Of a stretch of 32,602 nucleotides of DNA, positions 24,860-32,602 are shown one piece after another. The notes below the pieces were generated by a model. The model had not been told where the DNA came from and did not search any database. It saw only the letters and a program-made list of their open reading frames with translations. Origin of the DNA: a virus (lineage: Duplodnaviria; Heunggongvirae; Uroviricota; Caudoviricetes); the IMG/VR virus record IMGVR_UViG_2698536533_000006; one strand, written 5' to 3'. Both the position numbers and the translations under genes were made by a program. Numbering within the stretch: the stretch's first letter is position 1; each line of letters opens with the position of its first letter.

Positions 24860-26917
24860 ATGGCAAAAAACCTGAAAGCCTCCCTGATTGTCGATTTACT
24901 CGGCAATATTTCTGCCAAATCCCGCCAGTGGTCACAGGAGCTGGGGGCATTCTCCCGTTCCGGCAGGACGGGGCTGGGTGGTCTTGGAAATGCAGCACGT
25001 CGTGCCGGTCAGGAGACAGAACTTGTCGGCTCCCGTATGCAGCGAACGCTTGCCGGTGTTCGTGGCAGTATCCGCACGGTGACGTCAGATTTTGACCGCC
25101 TTCAGGGCAGCATTACCGGCACCATCGGGCGGATAAGCAACCTTTACGGGATGCTGGCGGGAGGGGCTGCGGTCTACGGGTTTAATAAAGCCTTTATCCG
25201 CCCGGCCGCAGAGATGGAGAACTATATTCTGCGTCTCAACGCCATTAATCATGGCGATACGGCAAAAACGGAAGCAGTGAAAGCCTGGGCGGTACAGAAC
25301 GCCAAAGACACCACCTGGGGGCTGGCGGGGGTTATGCAGGAATACGCCTCCAGTCGCGGGTTCGGTATGAGTGACAGGGAAGCCCGTCGCTTTATTACCA
25401 TGCTTCAGGATCAGGGCGGCTATCACGGCTGGTCACTGTCAGATGCACAGGGTGCGTCCCTGCAACTCAAACAGATGTTTGCCCGCCAGAGTATCCAGGC
25501 AGCGGACGCCAATATTCTGACCGGATACGGGATTAACGTTTACCAGTTGCTGGCCGATAAGCTGGGTGTAAACCAGAAGATCATCCGTGAGAAAGGCGAG
25601 AAAGGAAAACTGGGACCGGACAGCATTCGCCTGTTATTTCAGGTGATGGCCGAACAGGCAAAAGGTGCCCAGAAAAACGCCATGAATTCCTGGACGGGAA
25701 TGACGTCCATGATGGGCGATGTCTGGGACGGATTTGCCCGCGAGGTGATGGCAAAGGGACCGTTTGACAGCCTGAAAAAGAGCCTGAAAGGCTTTCTGGA
25801 TTATGCTGATGCGGCACAGAAAAGCGGCTTACAGGATAAGCTGGCCACACAGACGGCCTCAGCCCTGAATCAGGGATTTGAGTATGCCAGAGACGCTGCG
25901 ACCGGCTTTTACCGGGTCATTCAGAAAGTCAGGGAAACGCTTCAGGCACTGCGCGACGCCGGTTATGGCGATGCGCTGGATCGCATTGGTCAGGGTGCGC
26001 AGACCGCCGCAAAGTACCTGATGTATATGTATCTCGCCTCCCGTGCGCTGAAGGTGCTCAGGTTTGCGGGGACGGGGGCATTACGTCTCGGCGCAACCCC
26101 CTTACGCTATGGCATGGCGATGACCTCCGTGCTGACGTCGCCCTTCCGCAAACCGCAGACCACTGTACCGGGAACGCAGCCCGGACGCGCTGGCCGGTTC
26201 CTGAATTTCCTTACCGGGGTAAATCCGGCTGCCGTTCAGCCCGTGCTGGTCACCAATTGGCCTGCGGGTGGCCTGGCCTCAGGTGGCGGGGATGTGGTGG
26301 TCAGCGGTGACGGCAAAACCGTGCGCGGCCGTAAAAAACGCGGCCCCGGACGTGGACGGGGTGTCACGACCGTCGTGACTGCCGGTGAGCAACTGGCGGA
26401 GAGTGCCGGTAAACAGGGCTTCTTCGGTCGTATGATGAGCCGTGCCGGTGGTCTGCTAACGGCGGCCGGAAACCGCATGGGGCTGGGGCGTTTTGCCGGG
26501 CTGTTCCGTGGTGCCGGTCGGCTGGGTGGTGGTGCCCTGTGGGCCGGTGCCATGGCGGCTCCTGTACTGCTGGACAGCAGCGCCAGTGCAGCCGATAAAG
26601 CCGGTGCCGTGGGTTCCCTTGCCGGAAGTATCGCCGGTGGCGCGCTGGGGGCGGCTGCCGGTCCGGTCGGGGTTGCCATTGGTTCCACGGTGGGCAGCTA
26701 TCTCGGTGATTATCTGGGGGGCTGGCTGACGCAGGCCTGGCAGAAACTGCGTGGCGGCAGTGACGAAAACGGCGGACAGGCCACCGCGAAAACCGCCGCA
26801 CGGGTGGAGCTTGTTGCCCCTGAAGGCTGGCGGGCGCGCAGTATTGATGTGGATGATACCGCACAGCATGGCCTGGATGTGAACGTCTGGAACGGAGGGA
26901 ACTATGGCCTCTACTGA
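24860..26917 (+). CDS. Tail tape measure protein
   Basis: 685 aa; position after the chaperone; helical N-terminal part and Gly/Ala-rich C-terminal region typical of tape measure proteins. Confidence 0.85.
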   Translation: MAKNLKASLIVDLLGNISAKSRQWSQELGAFSRSGRTGLGGLGNAARRAGQETELVGSRMQRTLAGVRGSIRTVTSDFDRLQGSITGTIGRISNLYGMLAGGAAVYGFNKAFIRPAAEMENYILRLNAINHGDTAKTEAVKAWAVQNAKDTTWGLAGVMQEYASSRGFGMSDREARRFITMLQDQGGYHGWSLSDAQGASLQLKQMFARQSIQAADANILTGYGINVYQLLADKLGVNQKIIREKGEKGKLGPDSIRLLFQVMAEQAKGAQKNAMNSWTGMTSMMGDVWDGFAREVMAKGPFDSLKKSLKGFLDYADAAQKSGLQDKLATQTASALNQGFEYARDAATGFYRVIQKVRETLQALRDAGYGDALDRIGQGAQTAAKYLMYMYLASRALKVLRFAGTGALRLGATPLRYGMAMTSVLTSPFRKPQTTVPGTQPGRAGRFLNFLTGVNPAAVQPVLVTNWPAGGLASGGGDVVVSGDGKTVRGRKKRGPGRGRGVTTVVTAGEQLAESAGKQGFFGRMMSRAGGLLTAAGNRMGLGRFAGLFRGAGRLGGGALWAGAMAAPVLLDSSASAADKAGAVGSLAGSIAGGALGAAAGPVGVAIGSTVGSYLGDYLGGWLTQAWQKLRGGSDENGGQATAKTAARVELVAPEGWRARSIDVDDTAQHGLDVNVWNGGNYGLY

Positions 26918-28262
26918 CACGCCGGGGCGTGGCTCCTTTCGTGGCGTACCGTTCCTGGTTTATCAGGAGCAGCGGGAACGGGGCGGACGTAACATTGTGC
27001 GCCGTGAATACCCACTGCGTGAAAGCGGCGGTGCGGATGATCTGGGGCCAAAACTCCCGGAGTTCACATTCACGGTTCTGGTGACCGGAGACGATCTTCA
27101 GACACAGCGAAGCCGCCTGCGTGATGCGCTGCGTGCACCCGGTGCCGGTGAACTGATGCACCCGGATTACGGCACGTTAAACGTGCTGATAAACAGCTTT
27201 GAAAGCCGTTATAACGCCAGCGAGCAGGGAACGGTTGAGTTCACGATCAACGTGATCCCCGCCAGTGACGATACCGCCCCTGCGGTGGCAGAAGATACGG
27301 CAGCTGCGCTGGAGCAGAAAAGCGGCTCAGCAATGAATCAGCTGTTTAACACGCTTTCAGACGGCTGGACGGTGATTTCAGACGGTCTGCATGATGTACA
27401 GGCCATGACCGACACCATCAGCGATAAGATTGATGCACTGGAGAATGCCGTTTCGGGGATGGGGATTGTGCAGGATATCAGTGCCTTTACGGCCAGTTTT
27501 ACTGCCCTGAAAGGCAATGCCGCCGCCCTGATTAATGCGCCCCGTCGCATGGCTGAATCGCTGGCCGGAATGTTTGCCGTGCTGACCGGGCTGCCCGGCG
27601 ATCCTTCCCTGTCTCTGACCGGAAAAGCCGGAACGCCGTCCGGCAGCCTGACCACAAACCGTGACAGCATGGCAGAGCAGGCCATGCCGCAGCTGTACCG
27701 CACACTTTCCTCCCTGCGTTACACCCTCAGCGAACAGGATGATCCACAGCGCCTGATTGGCCTGACGCCTGCGGCACAGAAAAATATCCGTCTGCTGCGG
27801 AGCGTGATGCAGAGTGCAACCCTGGTGTCGCAGGCACAGACGCTCGGAAAACTGCTGGATCAGGTCATCCGGCAGAATACGACGCACGTTCAGGATACTG
27901 ACCGTTCGGGCGGACTGGCCTGGCTGGAAAGTTCTGCTGATGTGCAGCGTATCAACCGGGATTTGAGCGATGCCATGGAACAACAGGTGCTGGATCTGTC
28001 CGCACAGGGCTATACCGGGACTGCCCTTGCATTACGTGATGCAGGGCTTGCGCTGACAGAAGATTTAACCACACGGAGCGTGCATCTTCCCGGTGCTTTT
28101 CAGGTCATGGTTCGCACCACCGAACCGGCACTGGTCACGCTGTACCGTGCCACCGGCAACAGCAGTCGCTGGCAGTATTTTGTCCGCAGAAACAATATCC
28201 CCGATCCGGTTTTTGTTCCGGGTGGCCGCAGCGTGGAGGTGATCAGTGAGCAGCAGGATTGA
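26904..28262 (+). CDS. DNA circulation protein (Mu N-like)
   Basis: 452 aa directly after the tape measure gene, as Mu N is. Confidence 0.75.
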   Translation: MASTDTPGRGSFRGVPFLVYQEQRERGGRNIVRREYPLRESGGADDLGPKLPEFTFTVLVTGDDLQTQRSRLRDALRAPGAGELMHPDYGTLNVLINSFESRYNASEQGTVEFTINVIPASDDTAPAVAEDTAAALEQKSGSAMNQLFNTLSDGWTVISDGLHDVQAMTDTISDKIDALENAVSGMGIVQDISAFTASFTALKGNAAALINAPRRMAESLAGMFAVLTGLPGDPSLSLTGKAGTPSGSLTTNRDSMAEQAMPQLYRTLSSLRYTLSEQDDPQRLIGLTPAAQKNIRLLRSVMQSATLVSQAQTLGKLLDQVIRQNTTHVQDTDRSGGLAWLESSADVQRINRDLSDAMEQQVLDLSAQGYTGTALALRDAGLALTEDLTTRSVHLPGAFQVMVRTTEPALVTLYRATGNSSRWQYFVRRNNIPDPVFVPGGRSVEVISEQQD

Positions 28263-29370
28263 ACTGTATATCGGTGGCAGTATTTTTTCCGGCTGGCTGA
28301 CGGTCAGCGTCCGTCGCTCGCTGGAGCATCTGGCCGGGTCGTTTGAACTGGGGCTGATGCTGCCCGGTGAGCGCATCCCCTCAGCCCTGCGAACCGGTCA
28401 GTCCCTGACGCTCAGAATTAACGGGCAGACGGTCATCAGTGGCTGGCTGGATCAGGTCAGTCAGCGGATCAGTGCAACCCGTCATCAGATCAGCATCAGC
28501 GGTCGGGATAAAACCGGCGACCTGGTGGACTGTGCCGCCATCCATCCCGGCAGCCAGTGGCGCAACCGGACGCTGGCACAGATTGCCGCAGATTTATGTG
28601 CGCCCTTCGGGATAGCCGTGCGCTGGCAGGTTAACGACGACACGGCTGCACGCCCCTTCAGCTCTTTTACGCTGGAAAACTCAGAAACCGTGGCGGATGC
28701 GCTGACCCGTGCTGCCCGGCATCGCGGGGTGCTGGTGACCAGTAATGCTGACGGCGATCTGGTGTTCACCCAGGCAGGAAGCCAGCAGACGGACAGACTG
28801 GTGCTGGGAGATAACCTGCTTGATGCCGATTACAACACGGACTGGCGAGGACGATACAGCGAATACCGTGTCCGGGGACACGGGCGCGGTGGTGGCAAAC
28901 GGGGAGACAGCGAATCCGCCGCCCGTCTGGCAGCACCTGTGGGCGTCATCAGTGATGAGCAGATCGGCCGCTACCGGTCGAAAATCATCCTCGCCGATCA
29001 ACAGACAGACACCACCGGTGCACGGCAGCGTGCCCTGCGTGAAATGCGCCGTGCGATTGCCCGTTCAGAACGGTTTTCTGCCACCGTGCGTGGCTGGTTC
29101 CGGGATGATGGCCGGTTATGGGATGTCAATCTGCTGACCGGTGTTTCAGCCCTGCGTTTCGGTATAGAACAGACTGAACTGCTGGTCTGTCAGGTGGAGT
29201 TTTTACTTGATGAACATAACGGGGAAGTCACCCGGCTGGTACTGGCACCGCGTGACGGCTTTATCGTTCCGGCAGAGCCGGACAGTAAGGGCCGGGGTGG
29301 TTCCGGTGACGATGTTGATGCCTTTATTCGCCAGCAGATGAAAAAACAGGGGATCAGCTTTGATGAATGA
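28246..29370 (+). CDS. Baseplate hub / tail protein (Mu P-like)
   Basis: 374 aa; GTG start overlapping the N stop region; position matches Mu P. Confidence 0.75.
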   Translation: MSSRIELYIGGSIFSGWLTVSVRRSLEHLAGSFELGLMLPGERIPSALRTGQSLTLRINGQTVISGWLDQVSQRISATRHQISISGRDKTGDLVDCAAIHPGSQWRNRTLAQIAADLCAPFGIAVRWQVNDDTAARPFSSFTLENSETVADALTRAARHRGVLVTSNADGDLVFTQAGSQQTDRLVLGDNLLDADYNTDWRGRYSEYRVRGHGRGGGKRGDSESAARLAAPVGVISDEQIGRYRSKIILADQQTDTTGARQRALREMRRAIARSERFSATVRGWFRDDGRLWDVNLLTGVSALRFGIEQTELLVCQVEFLLDEHNGEVTRLVLAPRDGFIVPAEPDSKGRGGSGDDVDAFIRQQMKKQGISFDE

Positions 29371-29974
29371 TGAAGTGTTCAGCCGCCTGATTGCCCCGGT
29401 AACGCGCGGTATTCGCCTGTTGTTTGGCCGGGGCGTTCTGACCGGCACACATGACGAACTGAAAATGCAGAATGTGCAGCTCACCGGCATGGACGGCGAA
29501 ACCTTTGATGATGTGGAGCGTCCCCAGCAGTACGGGCAGATCAGCGTTCCCCTGCCGGGTGCGGAAACCTTTTTTGCCTGTCTGGGCGGACAGCGGGATC
29601 AGACTGTGGTGCTTGTGGTGGAAGACCGGCGCAGCCGCCCGACCGGACTCACAGCCGGAGATACGGGGGTGTATCACCATGAGGGGCACCGGATACGGTT
29701 AACAAAGGATGGTCGCATTATTGTGACATGCAAAATGCTGGAGATTTACGCCGATGAGGGGATGCGGGTGGATACGCCGGAGGCCACCTTTACGGGCAAT
29801 GTGACGGTGGATAAAAACCTGCATGTTAAGGGTAATTTCGTGCTTGATGGTACAGGTAAATCAGACGGGCTGTTCACGATGTCTGATGCCGTTATTGCCG
29901 GGATCACCTATTCCGGCCATGTGCATCAGGATAACGGCAAAGGCAGTAAGACAGGAGCGCCGGAGAATGGCTGA
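29363..29974 (+). CDS. Baseplate spike protein (Mu gp45 / gpV-like)
   Basis: About 203 aa from ATG 29363 (a TTG at 29360 is the alternative); position after P. Confidence 0.7.
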   Translation: MNDEVFSRLIAPVTRGIRLLFGRGVLTGTHDELKMQNVQLTGMDGETFDDVERPQQYGQISVPLPGAETFFACLGGQRDQTVVLVVEDRRSRPTGLTAGDTGVYHHEGHRIRLTKDGRIIVTCKMLEIYADEGMRVDTPEATFTGNVTVDKNLHVKGNFVLDGTGKSDGLFTMSDAVIAGITYSGHVHQDNGKGSKTGAPENG

Positions 29975-30404
29975 TATTGCAATTGTATGGGATCAGGGGT
30001 GCGGTTCGCTGCAACTGAACGGTGCCGACTTGCTGACGGATGACAGTCTGCTGACGGCCGTTCTGATTTCGCTGTTTACTGACCGCCGGGCGCTGGCATC
30101 GGATGAAATCCCTGACGGTACGCGCGACCGCCGGGGATGGTGGGGAGACAGTTTTCGCCCGCGCCCCATTGGCTCCCGTCTGTGGCTTCTCAGCCGGGAA
30201 AAAACGCTGGCCTCGGTGATAAGCCGTGCCCGTGCTTACGCGGATGAGGCGCTGGGCTGGCTCAGTCAGGATGGCGTGGCGTCATCCGTGGTCTGTCATG
30301 CAGAACGTGTGGGACACGCGCGGCTGGCGCTTTCGGTGCGCATAACCCTGCCTGATGGTTCAGTGAGGCCCATGATTTTTTATGCTGATCTTAAGGGGGA
30401 GTAA
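29967..30404 (+). CDS. Baseplate protein (Mu gp46 / gpW-like)
   Basis: 145 aa; ATG overlaps the upstream stop (ATGGCTGA); position before the J-like gene. Confidence 0.7.
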   Translation: MADIAIVWDQGCGSLQLNGADLLTDDSLLTAVLISLFTDRRALASDEIPDGTRDRRGWWGDSFRPRPIGSRLWLLSREKTLASVISRARAYADEALGWLSQDGVASSVVCHAERVGHARLALSVRITLPDGSVRPMIFYADLKGE

Positions 30405-31486
30405 TGCCTTATCAGCCTTTACCGCTGGCACAGTTAATCACGCAGACACAGCAGGATATCAGCCAGCGCCTGCCCGGCTCGCAGCCGGGTGTGAATGAAA
30501 CCACCCTGAATGCCATTGCTTACGCTCAGGCAGGGTTATCTGCTCAGGAGCATGAGCATCTGGCCTGGATTGCGCGTCAGATCATCCCGACCGAAGCCGA
30601 TGAAGCCGAACTGCTGAAACACTGTGCATTCTGGGGCGTCATGCGTAAGCCTGCCTCTCGGGGGGACGGGCCGGTTCAGCTGATGCTGACCACGGATGCG
30701 GGGATCAAGGAAGGTGTGCTTCTCCAGCGAAGTGATGGCGTGGTTTACCGTATCACCACCTCCCTGACCGGTAAGGCCGGTACGCTGAATGTCAGTGTGG
30801 AAGCCGAAAGTGCCGGTCGTGCGGGGAATGCCCCGGCAGGGACAAAACTGACATTTATCACACCGCAGGCGGGGATCAACCAGACGGCCACGGTGACCGG
30901 AACGGGGATCACCGGTGGTGCGGATGTGGAAACCGTGCCGGAGCTGCTTTCCCGTCTGGTTTTCCGGGTGCAGAATCCACCGTCCGGCGGCACGCAGTAT
31001 GATTTTGAACGCTGGGCGCGTGAAGTGCCGGGCGTGACGCGGGCATGGTGCCGCCCGGAATGGCCGCAGGCGGGCAGCGTGGGGGTAACGTTTGTTCAGG
31101 ATAATAACCCGGATATTTTCCCCGGTGACGGTGATGTTCAGCGGGTGGCGGATTATATCCGCAGTCATGATGATCCGGCGACCGGCCAGCCTGTCGGACA
31201 GCCTCTGGGGCCGACGGTGACCGTGTTTAAACTGACCAATAAGCCGGTGCCCTTCAGCATCAGGATCATCCCGAAAACACCGGAGAATCAGGCGGCCGTA
31301 AAACAGGCGCTGACCGACCTGTTGTATAACGAATCCCGGCCCGGCGGTCTGGTTCTGCCGTCGTCTTTCTGGCGGGCGGTGGCAGGGGTGAAAAATCTGG
31401 AGGATTTTGAAGTGCGCAGTCCGCTGACGTCAGTTCAGGCGGGAGACAGTGAGCTGCTGACGGTAGGAGAAATCACATGGCTGTAA
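30404..31486 (+). CDS. Baseplate J-like protein (Mu gp47)
   Basis: 360 aa; TAATG coupling with gp46; position in the baseplate block. Confidence 0.8.
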   Translation: MPYQPLPLAQLITQTQQDISQRLPGSQPGVNETTLNAIAYAQAGLSAQEHEHLAWIARQIIPTEADEAELLKHCAFWGVMRKPASRGDGPVQLMLTTDAGIKEGVLLQRSDGVVYRITTSLTGKAGTLNVSVEAESAGRAGNAPAGTKLTFITPQAGINQTATVTGTGITGGADVETVPELLSRLVFRVQNPPSGGTQYDFERWAREVPGVTRAWCRPEWPQAGSVGVTFVQDNNPDIFPGDGDVQRVADYIRSHDDPATGQPVGQPLGPTVTVFKLTNKPVPFSIRIIPKTPENQAAVKQALTDLLYNESRPGGLVLPSSFWRAVAGVKNLEDFEVRSPLTSVQAGDSELLTVGEITWL

Positions 31487-32037
31487 CCCTGACCCCGCAT
31501 CAGCGCGCCCTGTTGCAGTTACTGCCTGACGGGCTGGCATGGGACAAGCGTCCGTCATCCGTACTGGCATCATTATGTCTGGGCCTCAGTCATTCGACAG
31601 CGCGTGTATCCTGGACGGGTAAACAGCTGCTTGCCGAGCGTTTCCCTGACACGTCGCGCCTGCTGCTGGAAGACTGGGAGCGTTATCTCGGGCTTCCCGA
31701 GTGTGATATGGCCGGAGCCACCCTCACGGAGCGACAGCGTTATGCCGGAAATAAATACCGGATGAAGCCCTCGCTGAACCGTGAATTTTATATCCGGTTT
31801 GCGGCGGAGTTTGGTTATCAGATTGACATTCAGCCCTCACCGGATTCGCAGTGGGTCAGTATTGTCACGATTAACAGTGAAACCGGCTACCGGAATATGA
31901 ATGTGCTGGATGATATTCTCACGCCGCTGCGTATTTATGAAGGCGGTGCGCTGGAATGTATTCTGAACCGTTATAAGCCTGCATGGCAGACGTTTATTTA
32001 CGTTTATGCAAACAGCCATGAAGAGGAGACTATTTAA
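31477..32037 (+). CDS. Tail protein (Mu gp48-like)
   Basis: 186 aa; overlaps the J stop; immediately upstream of the tail fiber gene. Confidence 0.65.
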   Translation: MAVTLTPHQRALLQLLPDGLAWDKRPSSVLASLCLGLSHSTARVSWTGKQLLAERFPDTSRLLLEDWERYLGLPECDMAGATLTERQRYAGNKYRMKPSLNREFYIRFAAEFGYQIDIQPSPDSQWVSIVTINSETGYRNMNVLDDILTPLRIYEGGALECILNRYKPAWQTFIYVYANSHEEETI

Positions 32038-32602
32038 TGTTTCATGTTGATAATAATTCCGGCGTGGCGAATATGCCTGCGCTGGCACCGGCGCAGAGTA
32101 ATACCACCACCTGGTTTACCGAAGGTGACGGACAAAAAGGTATCAGCTGGATTGGTCAGGACTGGCTGAATATTCTCCAGGCCGAACTGCTGAATATTCT
32201 GGCTGAAGCCAGTATTCAGCCGGATAAGGCGCAGTTAAACCAGCTTACGCTGTCCATTAAAGCCATTATCGCTGCGAATGCCTTTTCCCGGAAAAATAAC
32301 CTGAAAGAAATTGCTGATGCCGGTGCGGAGGCCCAGCGTCTGGCCCGTGGTTATCTTGGTCTGGGGACGCTTGCCACAAAAAACAGTCTTGGTCCCGCTG
32401 ACGTTAATGCCCTGGCGAAGGATCAGAATCTCGCCGACCTGGAGAATAAGGGAACCGCCCGTAATAATCTGGATGTTTACAGCAAAAGCGAAGGTGATAA
32501 CCGTTACCTGCGCAGGGAGCAGAACGGCGCAGACATTCCGGATAAAGGGGCTTTTATCGATAACGTCGGTTTACGGGAAACGGTAAACAGGGCGGCGAAT
32601 GC
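32037..32602 (+). CDS. Tail fiber protein, N-terminal part (continues past window end); absent from the ORF track
   Basis: ATG at 32037 overlapping the gp48 stop (TAATG); frame open to the window end (188 codons); fiber-like segments such as NALAKDQNLADLENKGTARNNLDVYSKSEGDNRYL. Confidence 0.7.
   Translation, partial: MFHVDNNSGVANMPALAPAQSNTTTWFTEGDGQKGISWIGQDWLNILQAELLNILAEASIQPDKAQLNQLTLSIKAIIAANAFSRKNNLKEIADAGAEAQRLARGYLGLGTLATKNSLGPADVNALAKDQNLADLENKGTARNNLDVYSKSEGDNRYLRREQNGADIPDKGAFIDNVGLRETVNRAAN

Larger units (their letters stand above)
517..32602 (+). mobile_element. Mu-like transposable prophage, left end to tail fiber; continues past window end
   Basis: Mu-type gene order with recognisable repressor, Ner, MuA, MuB, Gam, GemA, Mor/C, SAR lysozyme, terminase, portal, F, G, I, major capsid, sheath, tube, tape measure, N, P, baseplate and fiber proteins. 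Left boundary is approximate. Confidence 0.85.

Noticed and set aside
24888-25082. 64-aa ORF in an alternative frame inside the tape measure gene
   Set aside because: Embedded out of frame in a strongly supported long gene, with no independent translation signals.
1-32602. CRISPR arrays, rRNA genes, integrase or attP-type site-specific recombination module
   Set aside because: No spaced direct repeats of CRISPR type and no rRNA-like sequence were seen. The element has a DDE transposase and MuB-like ATPase rather than an integrase, consistent with replicative transposition.

Overview
Almost the whole window is one Mu-like transposable prophage read left to right on the + strand, inserted immediately after the tnpB gene of an IS66-family element (bases 1-519). 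The prophage left end is near base 520 and the element runs past the window end. Gene order follows phage Mu: leftward repressor, Ner-like regulator, MuA-like transposase, MuB-like ATPase, a block of small early accessory genes, Gam, GemA-like, one Mor/C-family activator, a lysis cassette (SAR endolysin plus nested spanins), terminase, portal, head, tail, baseplate and the start of a tail fiber gene. All calls rest on reading the six-frame translations and on synteny with Mu; no database search was run. Five N runs (1330-1457, 3735-3988, 6915-7209, 16951-17205, 21059-21331) hide the operator region, the start of gene B, part of the accessory block, the middle of the F-like gene and the gene(s) after the major capsid gene. 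No rRNA, CRISPR array or canonical tRNA was found. I did not find a self-contained novel system; the best candidates for undescribed function are the low-GC accessory block at 7.7-9.3 kb (HTH-repeat protein, zinc-ribbon micro-protein, convergent gene pair), the tandem small early paralogs, the tRNA-like structure between F and G, and the duplicated terminase-tail motif.
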